This document shows, piece after piece, positions 10,434-17,861 of a stretch of DNA of 32,000 nt. This DNA comes from Aliivibrio fischeri ES114. Lineage in GTDB: Bacteria; Pseudomonadota; Gammaproteobacteria; Enterobacterales; Vibrionaceae. Each line of letters begins with the position of its first letter. Position 1 is the first letter of the stretch. Under the pieces are notes generated by a model that worked only from the letters and a program-made list of their open reading frames with translations, was not told where the DNA came from and did not search any database. Where the stretch lies: assembly GCF_000011805.1 (NCBI RefSeq), contig NC_006840.2. One strand, given 5' to 3'. A program made the position numbers and the translations under genes.

Positions 10434-10521
10434 GGTGAGTTGTCCGAGTGGCTGAAGGAGCACGCCTGGAAAGTGTGTGTACGGCAACGTACCGAGAGTT
10501 CGAATCTCTCACTCACCGCCA
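10434..10521 (+). tRNA. serW: tRNA-Ser (anticodon GGA), 88 nt with long variable arm and encoded CCA
   Basis: The sequence GGTGAGTTGTCCGAGTGGCTGAAGGAGCACGCCTGGAAAGTGTG...GTTCGAATC...CACCGCCA is nearly identical to E. coli tRNA-Ser(GGA). The acceptor stem GGTGAGT/ACTCACC pairs perfectly. Confidence 0.95.
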
Positions 10522-10526
10522 CATTT

Positions 10527-10567
10527 TAAGCCCTAGCAGAAATGCTGGGGCTTTTTCGTATCTATAG
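10527..10567 (+). repeat. left copy of a ~41-bp imperfect direct repeat (candidate attL)
   Basis: TAAGCCCTAGCAGAAATGCTGGGGCTTTTTCGTATCTATAG matches 15418-15458 at 36 of 41 positions by hand alignment. Confidence 0.7.
10529..10556 (+). terminator. rho-independent terminator of tRNA-Ser (left copy of the repeated hairpin)
   Basis: AGCCCTAGC-AGAAAT-GCTGGGGCT hairpin followed by TTTTT. Confidence 0.7.
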
Positions 10568-10575
10568 TTTGTTCA

Positions 10576-10863
10576 GTGCCCACTGAGAGTACACAAAAAG
10601 AGTACACAAGCATGCAACTGGATACTTCTCGCGAAGCTAATTATCTTATTAAGTCTAATACTGGCATTTATACATTTAGATGGAATGTAAGAGCTGATAA
10701 TAAGCATTATCAACCAAAACTAAGCCTTCGTACACGTAATTATCTTAAAGCTTTACAATCCGCCTCTGAGCTTGCTTTGCGCATATCTGCAATTTCAAAC
10801 CCTTCTGTTGATGACGTTAAAGCTGTTTATTATGAGTTTTCAGGTAAGCAGAAGAGAGGCTAA
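10576..10863 (+). pseudogene. truncated tyrosine-recombinase/integrase gene (N-terminal ~95 codons only)
   Basis: The pattern ANYLIKSNTGIYTFRWNVR...KLSLRTRNYLKALQSASELALRI resembles the N-terminal region of tRNA-associated island integrases (YLxxxxGxYxFRxxVP...SLxTxDxxxA). The frame stops at 10863. No catalytic domain follows in any frame. Confidence 0.4.
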
Positions 10864-11177
10864 GATCTTTGTATCTATTGATATAGAAAGGCTTTTTCCT
10901 GACTTACCATTTAATGAATGCAATATATTTGCAACAATCCCGGAAAATCTAAAGATAACCTTAGAAATACATTACATAATTTTTGGGGAACTAATTTAAT
11001 TTGTGATCTGTCTCGATAATGGGTTTTGAAAGGCAATATCGTACCAAATATATAATTTTAGAACTATGTAAGGTGATGCAAAGAAATAACAAGGAATTTA
11101 AACGGAACTAAAACAATTGATTCCGTTTTACATGCTGATAAATAGCACACTCTATTTTGAACTGAAAAAGGATAATC

Positions 11178-12233
11178 ATGAATACTGTTAAATTTAAACA
11201 AAATGTTAAGTTTTTTACCCTACTGCTAAGTCTGTGTTTATTACTAAGTGGTTGCAGAAACAACTTGGTACCCTTTACGAAAGGACAGTCAGTTGATCAA
11301 TATGTTGATAGTCTAAGTTTTAGTGGCGCAGTTTTAATTGTTGATCAAGGGGAAATAGTATTGAGCAAAGGTGTTGGTTTAGTTGATCGCAAGGGAACTG
11401 AAACTATTAATGCAGATACTGTTTTCCGCTTAGGCTCTGTAAGTAAACAATTTACTGCCACTGCAATTTTGCTGTTACAGCAAAAAGGTTTATTGAATAT
11501 CGATGAGCCGGTTGCCACTTATTTACCTGATTTTCCACATGGGGATATCATCAGCATCAAAAATTTACTTCAACATACCTCTGGTATTCCTAATTATACT
11601 GAGTTCAAAAATTTTGGCGTGATAGCAACTCAATATCACAGCCCAGCTCAATTAGTTGCCATGTTTAAGGATTTACCGTTAGAGTTTACCCCCGGTACTC
11701 GTTTTAACTACTCTAATTCAGGTTATGTTTTGTTAGGTTATTTAATAGAGGTTGTCAGCGGCATAAGTTATGAAGAATTTATAACTACTGAAATATTCTC
11801 TCCGCTACTCATGACGCGTAGCGGCTATGGGGAAAATACTTTTGGCAACGATAATATTGCACATGGTTATACGTCATTCGGTGCACCTGCTTCCTCTATA
11901 GATATGTCTGTCCCTTATGCAGCAGGCGCACTCTCATCGACTTTAAACGACCTTTTCCGTTGGGATCACTCTTTTTATGAAAATGCTTTATTAACTAAAG
12001 CCAGTAAGGCGCTTCTTTATAGACCAGGCTTAAATAATTATGCGATGGGTTGGGCAGTGAGTACAGGTGATAATGGTCGGGTATATCATCACGGTGGTCT
12101 TATCCATGGCTTTTCCTCATTTATTGCCCGTTACCCTGAGGAACAGAGACTCATCGTCGTATTAGCAAATGAAGAGGGGTATGATGTTGCTGGCTTAGCA
12201 GACCAATTGAATAAACTGATAAATTCAAACTAA
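11178..12233 (+). CDS. serine hydrolase of the class C beta-lactamase / PBP4*-EstB family, predicted lipoprotein
   Basis: Lipobox LLSGC. SxxK motif in LGSVSKQF, YxN motif in FNYSNSGY, and an HGG triad substitute in YHHGGLIHGF. Confidence 0.85.
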   Translation: MNTVKFKQNVKFFTLLLSLCLLLSGCRNNLVPFTKGQSVDQYVDSLSFSGAVLIVDQGEIVLSKGVGLVDRKGTETINADTVFRLGSVSKQFTATAILLLQQKGLLNIDEPVATYLPDFPHGDIISIKNLLQHTSGIPNYTEFKNFGVIATQYHSPAQLVAMFKDLPLEFTPGTRFNYSNSGYVLLGYLIEVVSGISYEEFITTEIFSPLLMTRSGYGENTFGNDNIAHGYTSFGAPASSIDMSVPYAAGALSSTLNDLFRWDHSFYENALLTKASKALLYRPGLNNYAMGWAVSTGDNGRVYHHGGLIHGFSSFIARYPEEQRLIVVLANEEGYDVAGLADQLNKLINSN

Positions 12234-12687
12234 TTCGCTTTTGGGTTTTAGTTTAGTGTTTAACACTAAAATTCAGTCAATTATCTAGTGTCTGTTTAAT
12301 TATATTGTTTCGTTTTCAATGAAATTCGTCAGTCAGCAGGTTCACTGGTTTTCACAAATAAGAGAGGTTGAGTCCTTTTGATTTGCGGCCGTAGGCGGCG
12401 CCTATTGTTCAATAGCATTTTTCAATGTCGATTTGCTATAGCAAACATGACGCTAGATACTCTATCTAGACTTTACTACTCTAAGAGACCTAATCAAAAG
12501 GAAATTCCCTTAGCTGAATTTAGTGATAGCACTGCCGATGATTACTTAAGAATCTTTGTTTTACTCTTAAGTGATTTTCTTGAGTAATAAATAGATCTCC
12601 TAATTAGCTACATTGGTATAAACCCTCTCTTGATCTGAAAAGTCACCTCTGACGTATAACATAGAGAACTTAAATATAGAGGTACAT

Positions 12688-13074
12688 ATGTATCAGTTAA
12701 CCGTTTTTTATGATGGAACTTGTCCATTGTGTGCAAAAGAGATGAGAGCGCTCAAACAGCAAGACAAAAACAATGTGATAAAAACCATTGATATTTATAG
12801 TGAAGTATTTTCTGAATACTCTAATATTGATCCAAAGGCTGCGAATACGGTTTTACATGCATTAAATCAGAAAGGTGAGCTGATTCTCGGGTTAGATGTA
12901 ACGTATCTCGCATGGAAACTAGTGGGTAAAGGTTGGCTTTATGCTCCTCTCAGATGGCCGGGAATTAAGGTGATCGCAGATTGGTGCTATCTACACTTTG
13001 CTAAAAATCGTTATCGAGTGTCCTATTGGTTAACGGGAGTATCTCGTTGCAATAAAACCAGTTGTTCAAAATAG
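12688..13074 (+). CDS. thiol-disulfide oxidoreductase DCC family protein (DUF393)
   Basis: 128 aa. The N-terminal FYDGTCPLCAKEMRALK carries the family-defining CxxC. Confidence 0.8.
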   Translation: MYQLTVFYDGTCPLCAKEMRALKQQDKNNVIKTIDIYSEVFSEYSNIDPKAANTVLHALNQKGELILGLDVTYLAWKLVGKGWLYAPLRWPGIKVIADWCYLHFAKNRYRVSYWLTGVSRCNKTSCSK

Positions 13075-13105
13075 ATTGTGATGTGACAGAGCTTTACGAG
13101 GAATC

Positions 13106-13816
13106 ATGATGAATATACTCATTGTTGGAGGAAACGGTGGTATAGGTTTTGCGATGATAAAAGAGTGCCTTACTCAGTATTTAGATGCTCATATCCATGC
13201 AACTTATCGTCGAACTAAACCACGGTTTCAGCATGAAAGAGTGAGCTGGTATCAAGTCGATGTTAGCCATGATGATGAAGTGAAATTATTCAGTGAATTA
13301 TTTGATGATATCGATTGGGTGATTAATTGTGCTGGTATGTTACATACATCAGATAAAGGGCCAGAGAAAAATTTAGGCGCATTAGATAGTGCTTATTTTC
13401 AGCAAATAATATTGGCAAATACATTACCAACGTTATTATTAGCCAAATATTTCACCCCAAAACTTAAAAGTACAAATCACCCTAAATTTGCCGTTATTTC
13501 TGCGAAAGTAGGCAGCATTTCAGACAATGAATTTGGGGGATGGTATAGCTATAGAGCATCAAAAGCAGCGTTAAATATGTTCATTAAAACCATGTCAATT
13601 GAATGGCGAAGAAGTATGAAAAATGGTGTGGTATTAGCTCTTCACCCGGGAACTACAGACACTGCATTGTCTAAGCCATTTCAAGCAAACGTTCCGCAAG
13701 ATAAATTATTTTCACCAGAAAAAGTAGCATGTGATCTTATTGGGTTGATGAAATCTAGTTCACCTCAAGATAGTGGTAAGTTTTTGGCTTATAATGGCGA
13801 AACTCTACCTTGGTAA
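13106..13816 (+). CDS. SDR family oxidoreductase (C-factor-like short-chain dehydrogenase)
   Basis: Glycine-rich NAD(P) motif in ILIVGGNGGIGFAM. Catalytic YxxxK in YSYRASKAALN. HPGTTDT follows the active site. Confidence 0.85.
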   Translation: MMNILIVGGNGGIGFAMIKECLTQYLDAHIHATYRRTKPRFQHERVSWYQVDVSHDDEVKLFSELFDDIDWVINCAGMLHTSDKGPEKNLGALDSAYFQQIILANTLPTLLLAKYFTPKLKSTNHPKFAVISAKVGSISDNEFGGWYSYRASKAALNMFIKTMSIEWRRSMKNGVVLALHPGTTDTALSKPFQANVPQDKLFSPEKVACDLIGLMKSSSPQDSGKFLAYNGETLPW

Positions 13817-14021
13817 TAAATCAGTTACTTTGCAACAGATCGATACATCACCATGCTTTACTCAGTCTACGTTTACAGTGTTATATCTATGAGCTCTCAC
13901 CAACCAAAAGATTATTCTTTATTTAATTTCTATTTACCTATCAAGCTTCTTAATAACAGCGTAGGATTAGACTAACTTTAGCTAAAATCAGGCTTGCACT
14001 CCGGTGCTTTAAGATAAAATC

Positions 14022-15380
14022 ATGAAACTAACTGAAAAACCGCTGCTTAATAACGCCTTACTTATTTCTATTTGTACACCGCAATTTAAAGGTGAGGAAG
14101 CCAAACAATCCTTGGCTGAACTTGCTCGCTTGGTGACAACCTTAGGTTTTAAAGTTGTTGGAACGCAATCTCAAAAGCAAACCTCTACGCAAAAGATGAG
14201 TGTGCTAGGTGCTGGGAAATTGGCAGAGATCGCACACATCACAGGTAATCAAGGAGAGGGTACGGATGCCGATACCGAAGATTTCTTTGATGAAACTGAT
14301 TTTGATGATATTCCTTCAGAGAACTTACCGTTTGGTTGTGCTGATGTTGTTGTCTTTGATTGTGATTTAAGTCCATCTCAACTGCGTAATGTTGAGAATC
14401 AACTTGGTGTTCAGGTATACGATCGTACGGGTATTATCATTGAAATATTCAGCCGCCATGCTCGTACACGTACCGCTCGTCTTCAAGTTGAGATGGCTCG
14501 ACTGAATTATGTCGCCCCAAGATTGAGAGAATCTTCAATCGGTGACAGTGAACGCCAAATGGGTAAAGGTTCAGGTGAGACAAGTTTAGAGCTGGACCGT
14601 CGTAAAGTTCGTGATCAATTAGCTGAATTACGTCGAGAGTTAGACAGTGTTCAAGATGAACTGAAAGGTAGACGAGCTCAGCGTTCTGAACTGTTTTGTG
14701 TTGCTTTAGTGGGTTACACCAATGCTGGTAAATCTTCAATGATGCGTGCATTAACAGGCAGTGAAGTGCTTGTTGAAAATAAATTATTCGCAACGTTAGA
14801 TACAACAGTGCGTGCGCTGTATCCAGAAACTCAACCTCGAATTCTTGTTTCAGATACCGTAGGGTTCATAAAAAAATTACCCCATGATTTGGTCGCTTCT
14901 TTCCACTCAACGTTAGCAGAAGCGCACGATGCTTCATTATTACTGTATGTAGTAGATGCCTCAGATCCAACCTTTAGAACTCAACTTGATGTTGTTCATG
15001 AGGTACTTGGAGAAGTGGGTGTTGATGGCATTGATAAGTTATTAGTTTTAAATAAATCTGATCAACTGACTCCTGAGCAGCAACAAGCATTAATGGAAGA
15101 GTTTCCTGATGCGATGATGACATCAACTCGTAATCCACTTGATGTAGCCAAATTGCATCAATATATCGTTAACGCTTCAGAGAAAGGGATGATCGAAGAA
15201 GAACTCATTGTTCCTTATGATGCAAAAGGCATAATGGGAGAGATCCGCTCAAGCATGAGTGTCGTGAATGAAGAATATGATTACGATCATATGAAGTTGA
15301 CGGTACGCTCTAGTGCAATTGATTTAGCAAGATTAAAAAAGCTGATGTCGAATGTATTAAACGAAAATGATAGTGAGTGA
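14022..15380 (+). CDS. hflX: HflX-family ribosome-associated GTPase (probable paralogue, with an acidic insertion in the N-terminal domain)
   Basis: It aligns with E. coli HflX throughout: DRTGIIIEIFSRHARTRTARLQVEMA, GSGETSLELDRR, G1 GYTNAGKSS, LFATLDTT, G3 DTVGFIKKLPHDLVASF and G4 NKSD. Confidence 0.9.
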   Translation: MKLTEKPLLNNALLISICTPQFKGEEAKQSLAELARLVTTLGFKVVGTQSQKQTSTQKMSVLGAGKLAEIAHITGNQGEGTDADTEDFFDETDFDDIPSENLPFGCADVVVFDCDLSPSQLRNVENQLGVQVYDRTGIIIEIFSRHARTRTARLQVEMARLNYVAPRLRESSIGDSERQMGKGSGETSLELDRRKVRDQLAELRRELDSVQDELKGRRAQRSELFCVALVGYTNAGKSSMMRALTGSEVLVENKLFATLDTTVRALYPETQPRILVSDTVGFIKKLPHDLVASFHSTLAEAHDASLLLYVVDASDPTFRTQLDVVHEVLGEVGVDGIDKLLVLNKSDQLTPEQQQALMEEFPDAMMTSTRNPLDVAKLHQYIVNASEKGMIEEELIVPYDAKGIMGEIRSSMSVVNEEYDYDHMKLTVRSSAIDLARLKKLMSNVLNENDSE

Positions 15381-15417
15381 TCACATAGTAAATAGAGTGA
15401 TACATGCCTATTTAAGT

Positions 15418-15458
15418 TAAGCCTTAGCAGAAATGTTGAGGCTTTTTCGTATTTATAT
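15418..15458 (+). repeat. right copy of the ~41-bp imperfect direct repeat (candidate attR)
   Basis: TAAGCCTTAGCAGAAATGTTGAGGCTTTTTCGTATTTATAT. See the left copy at 10527-10567. Confidence 0.7.
15420..15447 (+). terminator. rho-independent terminator after hflX (right copy of the repeated hairpin)
   Basis: AGCCTTAGC-AGAAAT-GTTGAGGCT hairpin (two G-U pairs) followed by TTTTT. Confidence 0.7.
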
Positions 15459-15556
15459 TGTCATGAATTTACTGTTTGATGATTAAATACTTATTTTGTT
15501 CAAATGCTAGAGCTGATAATGTTAGGAGGTATTTAGTTTATTTGAGGCCTGTCTTT

Positions 15557-16102
15557 ATGTTGTCAGAATGGCAAAATCACAAAGCGCAATTACGTAATTA
15601 TGTTTACAAACGAGTGGATGATGCGAGTGCGGTAGATGACATTCTTCAAGATGTGTACATAAAAGCCAGTAGCAATTTGCATCAGCTAAAATCCAAAGGC
15701 AGCTTGAAAGGGTGGTTATACAAAATAGCCTATAACACCATCATGGATTTTTACCGTGATAAGCTACCTTATGATGAGTTACCGGAAGATTTAGTCGCAG
15801 AAGATGAAGATGCTGTAGAGGAGTCTCGGAAAGAAATTGCAGAGTGTATGCGCCCGTTAATCGATGAGCTTCCTGATAAATACAGTGTTCCTCTTCGTTT
15901 AGCGGAATTAGACGGTATTCCTCAGCAAGAAATTGCAGATAAATTAGGATTATCATTGTCGGGAGCTAAAAGTCGAATTCAGCGCGGGAGAGTTAAGTTT
16001 CGCGAAAATCTTATGACTTGTTGTGATTTTGAAATTAATGATGGGGGAATGGTTACAGGTTATACCCCTAAGAAAACTAACTGCTCTTCACCTAAGAGAT
16101 AA
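15557..16102 (+). CDS. sigZ: ECF-type RNA polymerase sigma factor, SigZ-like, with Cys-containing C-terminal tail
   Basis: Region 2 (DILQDVYIKA...GWLYKIAYNTIMDFYRD). Region 4 HTH (LPDKYSVPLRLAELDGIPQQEIADKLGLSLSGAKSRIQRGR). The tail is LMTCCDFEINDGGMVTGYTPKKTNC. I prefer ATG 15557 (181 aa) over the ORF-track start at 15476. Confidence 0.8.
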   Translation: MLSEWQNHKAQLRNYVYKRVDDASAVDDILQDVYIKASSNLHQLKSKGSLKGWLYKIAYNTIMDFYRDKLPYDELPEDLVAEDEDAVEESRKEIAECMRPLIDELPDKYSVPLRLAELDGIPQQEIADKLGLSLSGAKSRIQRGRVKFRENLMTCCDFEINDGGMVTGYTPKKTNCSSPKR

Positions 16103-16126
16103 TCTTACTCTCTTTTTTTCAACTGG

Positions 16127-16155
16127 ACGGTAAATAAACGCATTATTTACCGTTT
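16127..16155 (+). terminator. candidate terminator after sigZ
   Basis: 11-bp AT-rich stem ACGGTAAATAA/TTATTTACCGT with a 5-nt loop, but only a short TTT tail. Confidence 0.4.
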
Positions 16156-16258
16156 GTCTAATTACTTTATCTTTTTTCATTTTATTGAAATTTTTTTGCG
16201 TCTTTTTCTTTATCTGTTCGTCTTCAAGTTGTTAGAAACATTTTTATGAAGAACATAA

Positions 16259-17857
16259 ATGAAAAATACAGATGTGAAATACTTAGAACCTCATATTCTT
16301 TCTTTTTTAAACAATGAACATGCCATGAATACACTGCATGACATTCGACGTGGAATTGAAAGAGAATTGATCCGTACGACGCCTGAAAGCCGCATTTCAA
16401 ACTTACCTCATCCAGAAGAGTTAGGCTCTGCTTTAACGCACCCTTACATCACAACTGATTTTGCGGAAGCACAATTAGAGTTGGTGACTCCTGCAATGAC
16501 GGAAAGAAAGACGACGTTTGATTCGTTAGCTTCTTTACATCATTTTGTCGCTACTCGTCTGCCTGACAATGAAATCATGTGGGGAGCAAGTATGCCACCT
16601 GAGCTGCCAAGTGATGATGAGATTAAGATCGCAGCGTATGGAACATCAAATGCTGGATTACATAAGGTACGTTACCGTGAAGGATTGGCGAATCGTTATG
16701 GAAAAAGAATGCAACTAATTTCAGGTATTCATTATAATTTTTCATTACCAGATTCTTTTTGGGAAATCTTACATTCACATATTGGTAGTGAATTACTCTT
16801 AAATGATTTCATTTCAGAACGTTATTTTCATTTGATTCGTAATGTCCTACGTAATGGTTGGATTATTCCATATTTATTTGGTGCATCACCTGCGGTAGAT
16901 AAAAGTTATTTAATCAATCAAGAACACGCTTTAAATCTTCTTGATGACGAGACTTATTATTTGCCATGGGCGACATCTTTACGCTTGAGTAACATGGGAT
17001 ATAGCAGTAATGAGCAATCTTTTTATCCAACAAGCTTTAATAGTAAGCAAGAGTATTTGGCTGATTTATGTCACGCATTAACGACACCAAGTGAACGCTA
17101 TACTCATTTAAATGGAGATCAGCAACTGAATGCATCGGTCTTACAATTAGAAAATGAGCTATACGGTTCTATAAGGCCTAAAATCGTTAGTGATCAATTA
17201 CGTCCTTTGTATGCGATGTGTCATCACGGTATTCAATATATTGAACTACGTAGTCTAGATAACAATCCACTATTACCATTAGGTATCAGTGAAGATCAAA
17301 GCTATTTTTTAGATGCTTTTCTCACATATAACGCCTTAGCACCAAGCCCTGAATTAACAGATTCTGAACGAGAGTTAATTGCTCGTCGTCAAGAGTTAGT
17401 GGCAACAGAAGGGAGAAAAGAAGGGCTATTATTACCAACGCTACAAGGTGATAGAGAGCTTAAAGAGCTTGGCTTGACTTTATTATCATCAATGATGCCA
17501 GTTGCGTCATGGTTAGATAATGTGTTTGCTACAGAAGGACATAAACAAGGCATTGAGCGTGAGCAGGTTAAGTTTGTAGATAGTAATTTAACGCCATCAG
17601 CGCAAATATTAACAATAATGAAAGATGAAAAACTGTCATATAAACACGTAACACAAAAATTATCTGAAATGCATTTTAAACAGCATAAAGATGTCGAAAT
17701 TAATGAAGAAGAAATGGTAGGTTTATCCCGATTAGTTGGCGAGTCTTTAGCTAAACAGCAAAGAATGGAGACGTTACAAGATATGAGTTTTGATGAATTT
17801 ATTCAGAAAAAAAACGATTTGCAGTGTGATTGTGAGATAGAAGAGGTCGTAGCGTAA
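16259..17857 (+). CDS. gshA: glutamate--cysteine ligase (GshA family; probably a second, divergent copy)
   Basis: 532 aa. It aligns with E. coli GshA in RGIERE, HPEELGSALTHPYITTDFAEAQLELVTP, AAYGTSNAG, YREGLANRYG and ISGIHYNFSLP. It carries a C-terminal extension ending ...DLQCDCEIEEVVA. Confidence 0.9.
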   Translation: MKNTDVKYLEPHILSFLNNEHAMNTLHDIRRGIERELIRTTPESRISNLPHPEELGSALTHPYITTDFAEAQLELVTPAMTERKTTFDSLASLHHFVATRLPDNEIMWGASMPPELPSDDEIKIAAYGTSNAGLHKVRYREGLANRYGKRMQLISGIHYNFSLPDSFWEILHSHIGSELLLNDFISERYFHLIRNVLRNGWIIPYLFGASPAVDKSYLINQEHALNLLDDETYYLPWATSLRLSNMGYSSNEQSFYPTSFNSKQEYLADLCHALTTPSERYTHLNGDQQLNASVLQLENELYGSIRPKIVSDQLRPLYAMCHHGIQYIELRSLDNNPLLPLGISEDQSYFLDAFLTYNALAPSPELTDSERELIARRQELVATEGRKEGLLLPTLQGDRELKELGLTLLSSMMPVASWLDNVFATEGHKQGIEREQVKFVDSNLTPSAQILTIMKDEKLSYKHVTQKLSEMHFKQHKDVEINEEEMVGLSRLVGESLAKQQRMETLQDMSFDEFIQKKNDLQCDCEIEEVVA

Positions 17858-17861
17858 TTTA

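Larger units (their letters stand above)
10527..15458. mobile_element. putative decayed tRNA-Ser-linked genomic islet (about 4.9 kb) bounded by the 41-bp direct repeats
   Basis: Direct repeats lie at both ends. The left end sits 6 nt after the tRNA-Ser CCA. An integrase N-terminal remnant lies just inside the left repeat. The cargo genes are functionally unrelated. Confidence 0.35.

Noticed and set aside
10772-10999. 75-aa ORF in a different frame following the integrase stump
   Set aside because: It shows no integrase-like sequence and is not a frameshifted continuation of the catalytic domain. It is probably random in AT-rich non-coding DNA.
12378-12587. 69-aa TTG-initiated ORF in the 450-bp gap
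   Set aside because: It has no RBS or recognisable family, and the Arg-rich start arises from the GC-rich patch. I treat the region as non-coding or regulatory (see the palindrome finding). A small protein cannot be fully excluded.
14449-14805. 118-aa minus-strand ORF inside hflX
   Set aside because: It is antisense to a GTPase gene whose motifs are all in frame on the plus strand.
15476-15556. N-terminal 27-codon extension of the sigZ ORF (start at 15476)
   Set aside because: The extension (MMIKYLFCSNARADNVRRY...) has no counterpart in ECF sigma factors. ATG 15557 gives a typical ~180-aa protein. TTG 15542 remains possible.
15741-15956. 71-aa minus-strand ORF inside sigZ
   Set aside because: It is antisense to the sigma factor gene, with no independent support.
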